This document shows, in pieces, positions 14,345 to 14,441 of a stretch of 14,441 nt of DNA. The notes under the pieces were generated by a model that saw only the letters and a program-made list of their open reading frames with translations, ran no database searches and was not told where the DNA came from. The stretch lies in the NCBI GenBank assembly GCA_048939245.1, contig JBHLPR010000057.1, positions 1-14,441 on the forward strand, in the 5' to 3' direction. Positions within the stretch are counted from its first letter, which is position 1. Every line of letters begins with the position of its first letter. The position numbers and the translations under genes were made by a program. The stretch comes from Promethearchaeota archaeon (GTDB lineage Archaea > Asgardarchaeota > Hermodarchaeia > Hermodarchaeales > Hermodarchaeaceae).

Positions 14345-14416
14345 GGCAGGACAAAAGCCCTGTCTCCAGAGGTTTACCCCGGGAACAAGCATACTTGGCT
14401 TCAACGAGGAAAAGCC
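14345..14416. other. Cluster of four abutting short hairpins, possible structured RNA or leader
   Basis: GGCAGG/CCTGTC (14345-14364), TCC.G.GG/CC.C.GGA (14365-14384), CAAG/CTTG (14386-14397) and GGCTT/AAGCC (14397-14416). Confidence 0.3.
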
Positions 14417-14441
14417 GCAATGCAAGCCTAGAATTTTAAAA

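Noticed and set aside
14362-14384. GTCTCCAGAGG considered as an archaeal ORB element
   Set aside because: Only a partial match to TCCAGTGGAAAC, no following G-string, single copy and no cdc6 in the window.
14143-14439. 98-aa plus-strand ORF
   Set aside because: TTG start without an SD, and K/P/T/R-rich composition explained by the A/C strand skew; no motif.

Overview
A gene-dense archaeal chromosomal segment with 14 supported CDSs. Archaeal origin is inferred from the class I LysRS of TACK-like type, TATA/BRE-like promoters and archaeal PRT, DUF92 and wHTH-TM families; an Asgard- or TACK-related lineage is plausible but not provable from the sequence. Gene order: 5'-truncated S9 peptidase, DUF92 membrane protein, type I phosphoribosyltransferase, QW-repeat prenyltransferase/cyclase-like protein, MTA phosphorylase, ICMT-family methyltransferase, membrane-anchored winged-HTH regulator with a 2-TM partner, short bacterial-type AlaRS, 2-TM Zn-ribbon protein, Nudix hydrolase, coiled-coil/Pro-repeat protein, a 90-aa unknown, class I LysRS and a divergent HflX. 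A ~430-bp probably non-coding, structured tail follows. The main leads are: (i) a Pro-repeat protein ending in an Ena/VASP-FAB/WH2-like helix, behind an RBS-occluding hairpin; (ii) an AlaRS lacking the C-Ala domain and carrying Ala in place of the G3:U70-reading Asp; (iii) a possible isoprenoid/prenyl-modification neighbourhood; (iv) a membrane-tethered regulator pair with a candidate operator; (v) probable CTG and ATT start codons; (vi) a recurring intergenic GCnYTATAACGG motif. I recognised no rRNA, tRNA, CRISPR array or transposase.
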